A DNA stretch of 64,000 nucleotides, taken from assembly GCA_001600815.1 (NCBI GenBank), contig BCKZ01000006.1, forward strand, positions 310,001 to 374,000, in the 5' to 3' direction. The stretch is from Alloascoidea hylecoeti (taxonomy: Eukaryota). Under the pieces are notes generated by a model that was not told the origin of the DNA, did no database searches, and saw only the letters and a program-made list of their open reading frames with translations. Every line of letters begins with the position of its first letter. The first letter of the stretch is position 1. Below, piece by piece: positions 45,628 through 56,430 of this stretch. The position numbers were made by a program, and so were the translations under genes.

Positions 45628-48117
45628 TTATCTATAAGAATGACCTAAAAACCAAAATCTCCAATAGTCTATTTTTGTTTCTCTTTTTATTTGAAACTCA
45701 TAATACCGATTCTTAATCATTTCTTTGTAATTTTGATTGTTACCTCCTCTTTGAAATGCCTCTTGTAAATAAATACAACGTTTCATTATTGTATTGGTAG
45801 ATTGAAATGTTTCCCATTCCCGTCTGCTTTTATAGCTACCGGTGTTGTGGTTTGTGGTCCCTAAAGCTATAGGCATTACTGGTATAACTTGACTAGGAGC
45901 TTCTGGTGTTTTATGACCTTTTAATTTTGAACCCATCTTTTGGAATCTTTCTGTAAAGTTGACAGAGAATTTATTCTTAGGGATTGAAACCCTATTCCCA
46001 GTAGTATCACAAGAATCAGATTCGCAATTGGGAATTGAATCAAAATTCAACGGTATTATCCCAAGTCGTCTTCGGATATGAAATTTGCTTTCTTTTATAG
46101 CTACATCTTCATGTTTTAGCAATGGTTCTTGAACTTTAGTGTTAAACATGGGTTCATTTTCTTTGGAGTGTCGTGTTAAGGATAATGAAATTAATTTTTT
46201 CTCATTTTCCATTTTTTCGGGTATCTCTTTATTTGTATCATGCCTATCACCATTCCTCTCCTCAACGAGTAATAGTGGGACGTGATTTTTTCTAATGAAG
46301 ATCTGCTTCCACCACTCAAACTTACTTCGCTTTATTTTCTGATCTAAAGAATCGACAATCGGGGGAGGAAATCGATATGTCCTTGTAGTCTTGGGTATCA
46401 ATTGTAATGTTAATTGGGATTGTGATCTTAAGGTATCATCATTATCCGAGTCAGGATATGGCTTTTTTGTATGTGTATCAATGGTGTACCAACAATCTGA
46501 ACTCATATTCAGTTCATCATCATTAACTTCGGTATTAATATCATTAGTAGCTACATCACTCTCATGATATATGACTTTCTTTAGTTGTTTGATATCGGCA
46601 GTATTATTAATGGTTCCAGAAATCAATAATGTTCTTGGAACATTTTGAGATGAAATCTCAGGGTTAAAATTTTCTTTAGAAACTGATTCAGCGTCTATGG
46701 ATGTGGTTGTAGTGTTAGTAGAAGTGTAACTAGATTCTAATTTAACAATTGTATTTGAACCTGATTCTTTATTGTTGAAACATAAGTCTAGATTTGAAGG
46801 CAAAGGTATGTCAAGAGAACTGGGTGTGTTAATATCCCCCTCGGAACCGAAAATTTCAAGCCAGTCTGGTTTATCATTATCATCGCCATTTATTGATTCG
46901 CAAGAAGCAGCACAATTCAAATACGATTTATAACAATTAGGAGTGTGGATAATTTCAGCTTCATCTTGTTGGGCTGATCGCACCATTACTGTTGAAGTAT
47001 TTGAATAAATAGTTTCATTTCCCGAGATTTCTTTACATTCCTTTTGATGTTGATTATTCTTAGAAAACAATGAATGTAGATGTTGTTTATTAATTTTACC
47101 ATGAACAAAATTGGTAATAATTTCCATCTTTTGAGACAACTGATTATTTGGTATCATTTCTCCATTACTAGATGGCATAATAATAGCGCAAATGCATTGC
47201 TCTAACAATAATAAGGAATCATCATCTATTAAGCATGAGTCTTCTTCTCCATCATAATTATCTTTGGTATCACTCCCTATTTTTACCAATAAATTATCTA
47301 ACATTGTATCAAATAATGAATATAAAACAGCATGGATGTGGGGAATTTCTTTATAAATACAACAACAATCTAATAGCCAGTTTAATACTTGATAATGGAG
47401 GGCAGAATGATTAATGATAAGTTCAATTGTATCTAGTAATCGAGCAGCTATTTCTTCATTGATAAATATCAAATTGCCTTGCTCTAAATTCTCTTCATAT
47501 TCAACTTTTGAGATCTGTATACTATTCATCAAAGTTGTGTTATCATTGCCTTGCGATTCATAATTGAATTCATTGGGAATGCAATTCCCTTGTAAAGTTG
47601 AAAATAATAAATCTAAAGTTGCAATTGTATTAAAATTATCAATATAATATAAATCATCATAATCAATTTTATTAGGAATGTCAAAATTCAATTTGTGTTT
47701 TTTGTGTTTGTGTTCATGCACAAATTTAACATCATCAATATTTAATGATTTCGCTTTTATCGATACTTTCAAGTCTTCTTTTGTACCAGAATCAGCATTA
47801 GTATTAACCTTCTTATTGTTAAGATAGCTTAATGAACAATTGAATATAATCTCAACTAAATCAGATGCCTTTTGAATCAGTTCTAAGGATCCGATATCAT
47901 ATGAATTTCGTATAACGTTGTTTAGAATTTGGGGGAAGGCATTGTTGATGCCAAGAATTAATTGCTCTTTATTCAAGGTCTTTTGGGCTTTTATAATGTC
48001 TGATTTTAGGGAAGTAAGAAGGCTTAATAGTTTGGTCGATTCGGTTACTTTATAAGGCGATAGCGACAATAATTGTGCTTCAAACGAACTGTTTGAATTT
48101 ACTAGCATTTTCGGCAT
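45628..48117 (-). CDS. Hypothetical protein (829 aa)
   Basis: Long intact ORF, helical N-terminal half and disordered middle; no recognised domain. Confidence 0.75.
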   Translation of the reverse strand: MPKMLVNSNSSFEAQLLSLSPYKVTESTKLLSLLTSLKSDIIKAQKTLNKEQLILGINNAFPQILNNVIRNSYDIGSLELIQKASDLVEIIFNCSLSYLNNKKVNTNADSGTKEDLKVSIKAKSLNIDDVKFVHEHKHKKHKLNFDIPNKIDYDDLYYIDNFNTIATLDLLFSTLQGNCIPNEFNYESQGNDNTTLMNSIQISKVEYEENLEQGNLIFINEEIAARLLDTIELIINHSALHYQVLNWLLDCCCIYKEIPHIHAVLYSLFDTMLDNLLVKIGSDTKDNYDGEEDSCLIDDDSLLLLEQCICAIIMPSSNGEMIPNNQLSQKMEIITNFVHGKINKQHLHSLFSKNNQHQKECKEISGNETIYSNTSTVMVRSAQQDEAEIIHTPNCYKSYLNCAASCESINGDDNDKPDWLEIFGSEGDINTPSSLDIPLPSNLDLCFNNKESGSNTIVKLESSYTSTNTTTTSIDAESVSKENFNPEISSQNVPRTLLISGTINNTADIKQLKKVIYHESDVATNDINTEVNDDELNMSSDCWYTIDTHTKKPYPDSDNDDTLRSQSQLTLQLIPKTTRTYRFPPPIVDSLDQKIKRSKFEWWKQIFIRKNHVPLLLVEERNGDRHDTNKEIPEKMENEKKLISLSLTRHSKENEPMFNTKVQEPLLKHEDVAIKESKFHIRRRLGIIPLNFDSIPNCESDSCDTTGNRVSIPKNKFSVNFTERFQKMGSKLKGHKTPEAPSQVIPVMPIALGTTNHNTGSYKSRREWETFQSTNTIMKRCIYLQEAFQRGGNNQNYKEMIKNRYYEFQIKRETKIDYWRFWFLGHSYR

Positions 48118-48239
48118 AATATATTAAATCCTAATAGATAAAAGACTAGAGTGAAGGGGTGTAGAAAATAGGTTTGCATAACGTTAAGGGTGTAGCCCTA
48201 ATATTTTGGGTACTGTGACTTCTTCTTATATTTTGTATA

Positions 48240-49348
48240 AGTATATATCAGCACGGCTAGATTTCAAACTAAACACCAAAAATGAAGTTGAGAAATATCA
48301 ATTGTTTAATCAAAAAACACCTTTAAAAAACCTATCCTCAATTATAATACAAAAGAGTCGCAATGGGAGGTGTTAGAGAAAAAAAAAGTGAATATTTTTC
48401 AAAACTTAAGACTTTACTCGAAGAGTTCCAAAGCATCTTCCTCGTAGGTGTCGATAATGTTTCGTCTCAACAAATGCACGAAATCAGAAAGGCTCTCCGT
48501 GGTGATGGTGTTGTTTTAATGGGTAAAAACACTATGGTTCGTCGTGCTATCCGTGGTTTCTTATCTGAGTTGCCAGATTACGAAAGATTGTTGCCATATA
48601 TCAAAGGTAATATTGGTTTTGTTTTCACCAACAAAGATTTGAAGACAATCAGAGATGTTATTCTTGAGAACAAGGTTGCAGCTCCTGCTCGTGCTGGTGC
48701 CATTGCTCCTAAAGATGTCTGGATTCCAGCTGGTAACACTGGTATGGAACCTGGTAAAACATCATTTTTCCAAGCTTTGGGAGTTCCAACAAAGATTGCC
48801 CGTGGTACGATTGAAATTGTTTCAGATGTTAAGGTTGTTGAAGCTGAAAACAAGGTTGGTCCTTCTGAAGCCACTTTGCTTAATATGTTGAACATTTCTC
48901 CTTTCACTTACGGTATGACAGTCGTTCAAGTTTATGATAAGGGACAAGTTTTCCCATCTTCTATTTTGGACATTACCGATGAAGAATTAGTTGAACATTT
49001 CTTGGCTGCTATTAAGACCATTGCTACAGTTTCTTTAGCCGTCAATTACCCAACTATTCCAGCTGTTGGACATTCAATTGTTAATCACTACAAGAATGTT
49101 CTCGCCGTATCTATTGCTACAGAATATACATTTGAAGGATCAGAAGCCATCAAGGACAGATTAGCCAATCCAGATGCTTATGCAGCAGCAGCACCTACAG
49201 CAGCCGCTGAATCTACCACTGAAGCAGCCGCCGAAGATAAGGAAGAGGAAGAGGAAGAGGAATCTGATGATGACATGGGATTCGGTTTATTCGATTAAAC
49301 GCTTTCGTATTTCAATTCTGAATGTATAACTTAGTCAATTAATATCTA
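48240..49348 (+). repeat. Left arm of 1109-bp inverted repeat containing RPP0
   Basis: Reverse complement of 52499-53607; one synonymous difference noticed (48971 C vs T at 52876). Confidence 0.95.
48363..49298 (+). CDS. RPP0: 60S acidic ribosomal protein P0 (uL10), copy 1
   Basis: [30 protein letters not shown]-terminal [14 protein letters not shown]. Confidence 0.98.
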   Translation: MGGVREKKSEYFSKLKTLLEEFQSIFLVGVDNVSSQQMHEIRKALRGDGVVLMGKNTMVRRAIRGFLSELPDYERLLPYIKGNIGFVFTNKDLKTIRDVILENKVAAPARAGAIAPKDVWIPAGNTGMEPGKTSFFQALGVPTKIARGTIEIVSDVKVVEAENKVGPSEATLLNMLNISPFTYGMTVVQVYDKGQVFPSSILDITDEELVEHFLAAIKTIATVSLAVNYPTIPAVGHSIVNHYKNVLAVSIATEYTFEGSEAIKDRLANPDAYAAAAPTAAAESTTEAAAEDKEEEEEEESDDDMGFGLFD

Positions 49349-50564
49349 TAGTATATTACTATCCTTTGTTTATATCCATCAATTGAGTTTTACAAAAATG
49401 TAGATATTAGGCCACGGCCATGTTACTATGCAATGCATATCATATTACTTACAATTATTAATTATATCATATACACAAATTAACACAATGTAGTTAAAAG
49501 TTAAGGAATGGTTAGAATGATCATAATAGTAGTCTGATCTGCTGATATTAGTAACTAAATTTGCCGACAATTCGATTAATTAACTTTTCAACCGGAAAAA
49601 TTAATTTCGATCTACAATTTAGAAAAATTAGGTGTTTTCCCTTAAGCTTTGATATGATAAAATCTACTCCATGGCCATTATTTCTACAAATATAAATCAC
49701 AGTTGCCAACTAATCTCCATAATTGTCTTCGACTATATAAATAATGTGAGCTCACAAAGTGATACAATACTAACTTACATAGATAATAAATATATAAATT
49801 ATTGTTTTATATATATAGTATCTATATCTGGTTAACCACACCGTTAACAAGTCTGATGGTGTGGATTGAAATTTGGAAAGTGGTCGTATTTAAATTTCAC
49901 TGTAGTAGGTGGGAATTCTAATACTCCATGTCCTGAACTTGTAGCTGTTTATAAGGTGCTAACACTAAATCCTAAGTTTGAATCTTTAAAATTTACGGAG
50001 CATTTTGCACTATTTTAAGAGCAGTTTAAGGGATTTTAAGCTCACTTAAGTTTAGTACTATCGTAGATTCATAGTCTTCATCATCACAAAACGGCAGAAA
50101 ACATAGGCCCAGGTTATAATTACATCATTCTCGAAGTGATGCGTGGTCGACTTGACATTTCTGGCAATTTTCTACCGTTCACAATTGCAAAGTGTTTGAA
50201 TTTAATATGTATATTGATATAATTATAATAAAGTCGAAGCACTATTTCTATTTTTTCTCCAATTGTTTTGTCTGCAGATGGATTGGAATATTAATACAGC
50301 GACATATTGCAGACATAAAGAATATTATTGAAGTTTGATAAGACTAATCAGTTCGTGGACACATCAGCTTATATTATATTAAATTTAACTTTGGTCTTTT
50401 TTAACGATGATAAAAGGTTTTCTCAAGGGATCCCAATATCTGCTGTGATCGAATGGAAAGAACATAAAAAGTTCTGTAATAAATTGAGCATACAAGACAA
50501 TCAGTTACTTATATATAATTTAAAGTTACCCTAGATCTTACTAATAAATCAGAATCATAAAAGT

Positions 50565-51578
50565 TTAAACTTTAGGGATTTTGTTTACTTCCTCACAATC
50601 AAGACAATTCCACCCATTTTCAGGAATAATATAGCATAATGAACTTCCTAACACACTCAACCCCTCGGAAACACCGAACATTTCTTTGAATTTCTTTTGG
50701 CATGCAGATGTTGTAATCCGCTTTTCTCTAATATTAGAAAGTTGAGTAGAAATATATTTCCATTTGGCACGTTCTCCCACTTCAAGAAGATGACATAACG
50801 ATTCAATATCATTTGATTCCCACTGAGAGTGAAAAGTAACGACATTGTTATCGTTATTTCCGAGAGTTGTCCCTCTAGAGTGAGAAGAATGTGTATAGAT
50901 GGAGCTATTATTCATATTAAGGGGTGTTTTATGAATGTACTGTTCCGGAGGATCATAAATTGATGAAGCAATAGTTGAAATACTTGATCTACCAGATGTG
51001 GAAGAAGGGGCAGATGGCAACTCTACATTATCCTCATTTTCATGATTACTTTCGTGATTCCGTTGTTGATGACTATCTTTATTGCTATTGCTCTTAGCTC
51101 CTGGCTGTGGTTTATATTCTTGAAATTTATGATTTATTTGAGGTTGCATTTGAGATCTAACATTATCAGCACTAAATCTTGCAGGAATTTCATTCCACGA
51201 TTTGCCTTTTTGCCTTGAAATAATAGGATCTGGATTGTGATAAAAAGGTTGTTTCCTCCTTTGACTTAGAGAGTTGAGATCACAATTGGAGCTTAGGCCG
51301 GCATTGGTTGTAGGCCTGGGATCAGATGATTCCGAAAAAAAGGGTTTCTTCGTTGCAATTGGTATTTTGAAACTTGAGTTTATGTTGAAATCAGGGTTGG
51401 GATGAAGGTTTATTGGAGGTTTGTTCAGTTGAGGTTGTGGTGGACGAGAGCCATAGGACATTCCAGGATTAACGTTAGCTTGAAAAGGGTCAGCTGGAGA
51501 CAGTGCACGTGGACGAGGATCAGGATTACCCTGCTGGATCGGCAATGCCGGAGCCGGATAAATCTTTGGATATTGCAT
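50565..51578 (-). CDS. Protein with Pro/Gln/Ser-rich N-terminus and a C-terminal Myb/SANT-like domain
   Basis: WESNDIESLCHLLEVGERAKWKYISTQL...RITTSACQKKFKEM shows Myb-like W...W spacing; followed by a GSSLCYI...GW tail. Confidence 0.65.
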   Translation of the reverse strand: MQYPKIYPAPALPIQQGNPDPRPRALSPADPFQANVNPGMSYGSRPPQPQLNKPPINLHPNPDFNINSSFKIPIATKKPFFSESSDPRPTTNAGLSSNCDLNSLSQRRKQPFYHNPDPIISRQKGKSWNEIPARFSADNVRSQMQPQINHKFQEYKPQPGAKSNSNKDSHQQRNHESNHENEDNVELPSAPSSTSGRSSISTIASSIYDPPEQYIHKTPLNMNNSSIYTHSSHSRGTTLGNNDNNVVTFHSQWESNDIESLCHLLEVGERAKWKYISTQLSNIREKRITTSACQKKFKEMFGVSEGLSVLGSSLCYIIPENGWNCLDCEEVNKIPKV

Positions 51579-52498
51579 AAACTGTTATAAATACTACTAT
51601 ATATTTGAAATTTAAGTATAAGACAACGTAAACTGTTAGTGGGAGTGTAAAGATCAGAAAAATCAAAAAAATCAGGAAAGCCAGAGAATCAAAAATTATA
51701 ATAAGGCAGGGTATTTGTAATCCGTAATATTTCGTGAACACATGTTTTGAGCTGGGATGTGTTAATTATAATTGGAATATAAATTTGCCAAATTCAATTA
51801 ACCATATGCATACTATATACAAAGGATTTTAAAAACACGACTCAACCAGCGCTATCATTGATTTTAATGGTGGTATCTTCTTTGGTGATAGAGCAACCTT
51901 GAGCTTCAGGTCGTGTGCATGGGTTCCCACAAACTTCCCTTCGTAGCTGCTTAGAAGGTTCAGTAAATCATTACTCAGGTCATATCAAAATCAACAAATA
52001 TCCATGTGTCGTTTGCATAATTGGTCAGAATATTTGATCAACAGGCCCTAGAGCCAATATTGCTGTTTTTGAGTAAATTCGCGAATCCCTAGAAATTGTT
52101 CAAGACTTGAAAGCAGTTCAACCCAAAACATTTAATTTTTAATATCCATTACTGGATTGACTCCCCCGGCTGCTCATCATTAGATACTTTTCTAGACCAT
52201 TGAAAAAAAAACAGTGAAACCCCTGAAAAACGCGAATCCATTTTTGAGCATAATCGAATCCAAGCTCTTGACGCCATTGACAACGATGCTTCAGGCTACG
52301 AACACACTTTTATAGATAATTATAGCATGCATGTCTGTATCAAAGGTCGGCGTCGAAAATATGATATTCTAAATTTCTAAAGTAAAAATCTGTAAGAATT
52401 TCATACTTGTAAAATATTAAATGGAATAGATCCATAGATGTGATTCAATGATAGTGATGGTTCGCTTACTACACATAGTAATATATATTGGTCATAAC

Positions 52499-53607
52499 TA
52501 GATATTAATTGACTAAGTTATACATTCAGAATTGAAATACGAAAGCGTTTAATCGAATAAACCGAATCCCATGTCATCATCAGATTCCTCTTCCTCTTCC
52601 TCTTCCTTATCTTCGGCGGCTGCTTCAGTGGTAGATTCAGCGGCTGCTGTAGGTGCTGCTGCTGCATAAGCATCTGGATTGGCTAATCTGTCCTTGATGG
52701 CTTCTGATCCTTCAAATGTATATTCTGTAGCAATAGATACGGCGAGAACATTCTTGTAGTGATTAACAATTGAATGTCCAACAGCTGGAATAGTTGGGTA
52801 ATTGACGGCTAAAGAAACTGTAGCAATGGTCTTAATAGCAGCCAAGAAATGTTCAACTAATTCTTCATCGGTAATATCCAAAATAGAAGATGGGAAAACT
52901 TGTCCCTTATCATAAACTTGAACGACTGTCATACCGTAAGTGAAAGGAGAAATGTTCAACATATTAAGCAAAGTGGCTTCAGAAGGACCAACCTTGTTTT
53001 CAGCTTCAACAACCTTAACATCTGAAACAATTTCAATCGTACCACGGGCAATCTTTGTTGGAACTCCCAAAGCTTGGAAAAATGATGTTTTACCAGGTTC
53101 CATACCAGTGTTACCAGCTGGAATCCAGACATCTTTAGGAGCAATGGCACCAGCACGAGCAGGAGCTGCAACCTTGTTCTCAAGAATAACATCTCTGATT
53201 GTCTTCAAATCTTTGTTGGTGAAAACAAAACCAATATTACCTTTGATATATGGCAACAATCTTTCGTAATCTGGCAACTCAGATAAGAAACCACGGATAG
53301 CACGACGAACCATAGTGTTTTTACCCATTAAAACAACACCATCACCACGGAGAGCCTTTCTGATTTCGTGCATTTGTTGAGACGAAACATTATCGACACC
53401 TACGAGGAAGATGCTTTGGAACTCTTCGAGTAAAGTCTTAAGTTTTGAAAAATATTCACTTTTTTTTTCTCTAACACCTCCCATTGCGACTCTTTTGTAT
53501 TATAATTGAGGATAGGTTTTTTAAAGGTGTTTTTTGATTAAACAATTGATATTTCTCAACTTCATTTTTGGTGTTTAGTTTGAAATCTAGCCGTGCTGAT
53601 ATATACT
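52499..53607 (-). repeat. Right arm of 1109-bp inverted repeat containing RPP0
   Basis: Reverse complement of 48240-49348. Confidence 0.95.
52549..53484 (-). CDS. RPP0: 60S acidic ribosomal protein P0 (uL10), copy 2
   Basis: Protein identical to copy 1. Confidence 0.97.
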   Translation of the reverse strand: MGGVREKKSEYFSKLKTLLEEFQSIFLVGVDNVSSQQMHEIRKALRGDGVVLMGKNTMVRRAIRGFLSELPDYERLLPYIKGNIGFVFTNKDLKTIRDVILENKVAAPARAGAIAPKDVWIPAGNTGMEPGKTSFFQALGVPTKIARGTIEIVSDVKVVEAENKVGPSEATLLNMLNISPFTYGMTVVQVYDKGQVFPSSILDITDEELVEHFLAAIKTIATVSLAVNYPTIPAVGHSIVNHYKNVLAVSIATEYTFEGSEAIKDRLANPDAYAAAAPTAAAESTTEAAAEDKEEEEEEESDDDMGFGLFD

Positions 53608-53697
53608 CATATAAAATAAACAGTCACCGCAGAAGGTGTAAGGATGTTACAATATATATCGCAGACTATCAAGTAATAAAGATTAAGACCAATATTA

Positions 53698-56430
53698 ATG
53701 GATTACAATGCGATCATATCTCAACTTTCGAAGCAGCCATCTGTTGAACAATTGGCTTTATTATTGACTGATATAAATAAACAGGATAGCGAAATTCCGA
53801 GACCTTTGAAGTTAAAGTTAATTACAGTAATTTTATCACACACGATTCCAGAATTATATTCTGATCTATCTAATAACACAAAAAGATTACTTCATAAAGT
53901 ACTATTGGATAAATTTGGTCTTGGTAGTATTATATCACGAATCACACTATTAAGTTCACAAACTCTTACAGAGATAGTAATATCGCATTTAACATCTTTG
54001 CTTTTATTGTTATCATCATTATTGATGAATAAAGGAGTCCTTCTAAAATCATACCAACAGAGTATTATTAATGATTCAGGCTTGAGAGAGTTTAAATCTT
54101 TATTTTTTGGAAGTAGAATATTATCAATTTGCAGTAAGGTTATAGTTTCAACACATACAACTGGATCCTTTGAATGGGTGGGAAATGCTAAACAGTATCA
54201 AAAGTTCCTTACAGATGAATTATCTTATCTAATTTTAAACGTAGATAAAGACGATATTATTGAGAGTATATTACCACAGTGTTTTATGTCTACCTGCTCG
54301 TTATATTCCCCAAATAACGGTACAATCATTTTAGATGTATTTCTTACCCCAAATTTATTCCCTAAACTCCAAATACTTTTCAAAGCCCTTTCTCAAAATC
54401 AAAAAACAATATTTTTAAGGAGATATCTTATTTTATATTTAAGTGAAAAATATTTGTCAACAAATAATAATTTAATAACAAAACGAATATTAGCATCATC
54501 AATAGTTCTAAAAGAACTGCTTAGTTATAAACATGATGATGGTTATGAAGATGATCTTTTTAACATTTTTCAAGACGTATTAAAGCAAACTATTTCTTTA
54601 AACAACTCAAATATGGAACTACTTATTATTTCAACATTATCATCGTTATCTCAAAGATTAACTGAGAAATTATTCCATGCTACATTAAAATCGTGGAGTG
54701 ATAATCTTTCGGTTAAACACACACCAATTCCTTTTCAACAATCAGAAACTCGAATTTTAATTTATTTTCTTAGATATGTTTCTAAAGCTTATTTATTGAA
54801 AAATGTAATACATGACTCCATTTTTCTTAATGGGATTTCGAATAGACTATCCTCAACTGCTCCAGTAATTAGAACATTGGGTATGATTATTGCCGAAGAA
54901 ATAACATCAATTGCAAATGAAAATGATAATAAACTTTCTTTTGATATAGAGGAACAAGTTAAAGTATTCAAAGCTAGTATGGCAGCTCCATTGGATAATT
55001 TAGACAGTTTGTCAGACTGGAGAAGTATATTAGATGAATCATCAAATTCAAAGAATTTATTTACACTACCAGTCGTTAAGGAGAGAAATATTTCACCTAT
55101 CGCTTCCGAATCAATTTTAAACGCCGATTCGGATGATTCGGATGATGAGTTCCAATCTTATGCTTTTCTCGAAAACGATGACGAAGATTCGGATGATGAT
55201 CCTACAATAGCGCGGAAATTAAAACCGAAGGTTCCATCTTATATTCGTGATTTATTATCTTATTTAATGAGTGATGATTTTGATCAAGTAGAACTTGCAT
55301 TAATAAATGGTCCTGAATTAATTCGTAAAAAGTCAAACTTTGGAACAGAAGTTTCATTTTATGCTCAACAGTTAACATCGTCAATAATCGGTCTTGAAGA
55401 TAAATTTGATATTGAAAATTTTAATGAATATAAACTGGACTGGTTAAAATCATTGGTGTACAGTAGTCCGAAGGAAACAATTCCCCATATTATTAATGCA
55501 TTTTTTCACAATGATTATTCTCTACAACAACGAATGATAGTGTTATCGGGATTGACTTTAGGGATTAGGGTTTTAAGGGGATTCAGTGATAATAATAACA
55601 CCGAGAATGAGTATCAAAATCACGAGGCAGTAAGTGAATTTGCTTCAAAACTGTTGCCTGCACATATACACAAAAGGTTTATAACTTATAATACTACCCA
55701 CAAACAAATTGGCATGAATGAGGTTAATGCCATATCATTAAGCTTACAACGTCAGACATTAAAAGATACCATAAAAGATGCTCGTGATGATGATGCACTT
55801 AGCGGTCCTAAAATCTTGAGGGTCTCAAGAAACTTGGAGTTGCGTCATCAAAATCAACAAAAGCATCAGTTGGAACCACAGAAAAGAACACATTTCCTTT
55901 TTAAGAATGTGAGTACTCTCATATTTTACCCGATGATTACCGGATGGTGGGCGTCAGGGGGTGCTCTAAACATTGGAAAGTATAGTACAGTACTGATGGC
56001 ACATTTTATAAACACTTTAGCAATCATATTACATGCATCGTACCCATCATGCTTGGAATTGAGGGACATGTCTGGAGAATTAATAAGAATAGTACTATCA
56101 TTAAAGTCATTATCCTTTACAGAAGAAGGAGAAGACGGTGGTTCAACGGAGCCGATTATCCTTGATAGTTTATTGACCTCCATCTTAGTTATATTGGATA
56201 TCATGGATAGCCAATTCATTATTCAAACTTGGCCTCATGAGTTAATTGAACTTCAATCATGGCTGGAGCAAATATGGAGTGATATCATTGACGCAAAAAC
56301 ACGGGGTGTTGCAGCTGGCGCACTTCTTCGTATACATGAGTTAGTGAAATCACCAATGTTGCTGGGAGAATTAATGAGCGTTGAACATTCTCATGTCAAG
56401 ATCCAGGACAAGTTAGGGCTAAGTAGGTGA
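53698..56430 (+). CDS. TEL2: TTT complex subunit Tel2
   Basis: FLNGISNRLSS...RTLGMIIAE, acidic DSDDD (CK2/PIH motif), PSYIRDLLSYL, LIRKKSNFGTEV, DYSLQQRMIVLS. Confidence 0.92.
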   Translation: MDYNAIISQLSKQPSVEQLALLLTDINKQDSEIPRPLKLKLITVILSHTIPELYSDLSNNTKRLLHKVLLDKFGLGSIISRITLLSSQTLTEIVISHLTSLLLLLSSLLMNKGVLLKSYQQSIINDSGLREFKSLFFGSRILSICSKVIVSTHTTGSFEWVGNAKQYQKFLTDELSYLILNVDKDDIIESILPQCFMSTCSLYSPNNGTIILDVFLTPNLFPKLQILFKALSQNQKTIFLRRYLILYLSEKYLSTNNNLITKRILASSIVLKELLSYKHDDGYEDDLFNIFQDVLKQTISLNNSNMELLIISTLSSLSQRLTEKLFHATLKSWSDNLSVKHTPIPFQQSETRILIYFLRYVSKAYLLKNVIHDSIFLNGISNRLSSTAPVIRTLGMIIAEEITSIANENDNKLSFDIEEQVKVFKASMAAPLDNLDSLSDWRSILDESSNSKNLFTLPVVKERNISPIASESILNADSDDSDDEFQSYAFLENDDEDSDDDPTIARKLKPKVPSYIRDLLSYLMSDDFDQVELALINGPELIRKKSNFGTEVSFYAQQLTSSIIGLEDKFDIENFNEYKLDWLKSLVYSSPKETIPHIINAFFHNDYSLQQRMIVLSGLTLGIRVLRGFSDNNNTENEYQNHEAVSEFASKLLPAHIHKRFITYNTTHKQIGMNEVNAISLSLQRQTLKDTIKDARDDDALSGPKILRVSRNLELRHQNQQKHQLEPQKRTHFLFKNVSTLIFYPMITGWWASGGALNIGKYSTVLMAHFINTLAIILHASYPSCLELRDMSGELIRIVLSLKSLSFTEEGEDGGSTEPIILDSLLTSILVILDIMDSQFIIQTWPHELIELQSWLEQIWSDIIDAKTRGVAAGALLRIHELVKSPMLLGELMSVEHSHVKIQDKLGLSR

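Noticed and set aside
49349..52498. MAT locus or IR-type centromere between the RPP0 repeats
   Set aside because: No MAT protein domains or usual neighbours (SLA2, DIC1, APN2); arms are coding and the spacer carries an intact ORF.
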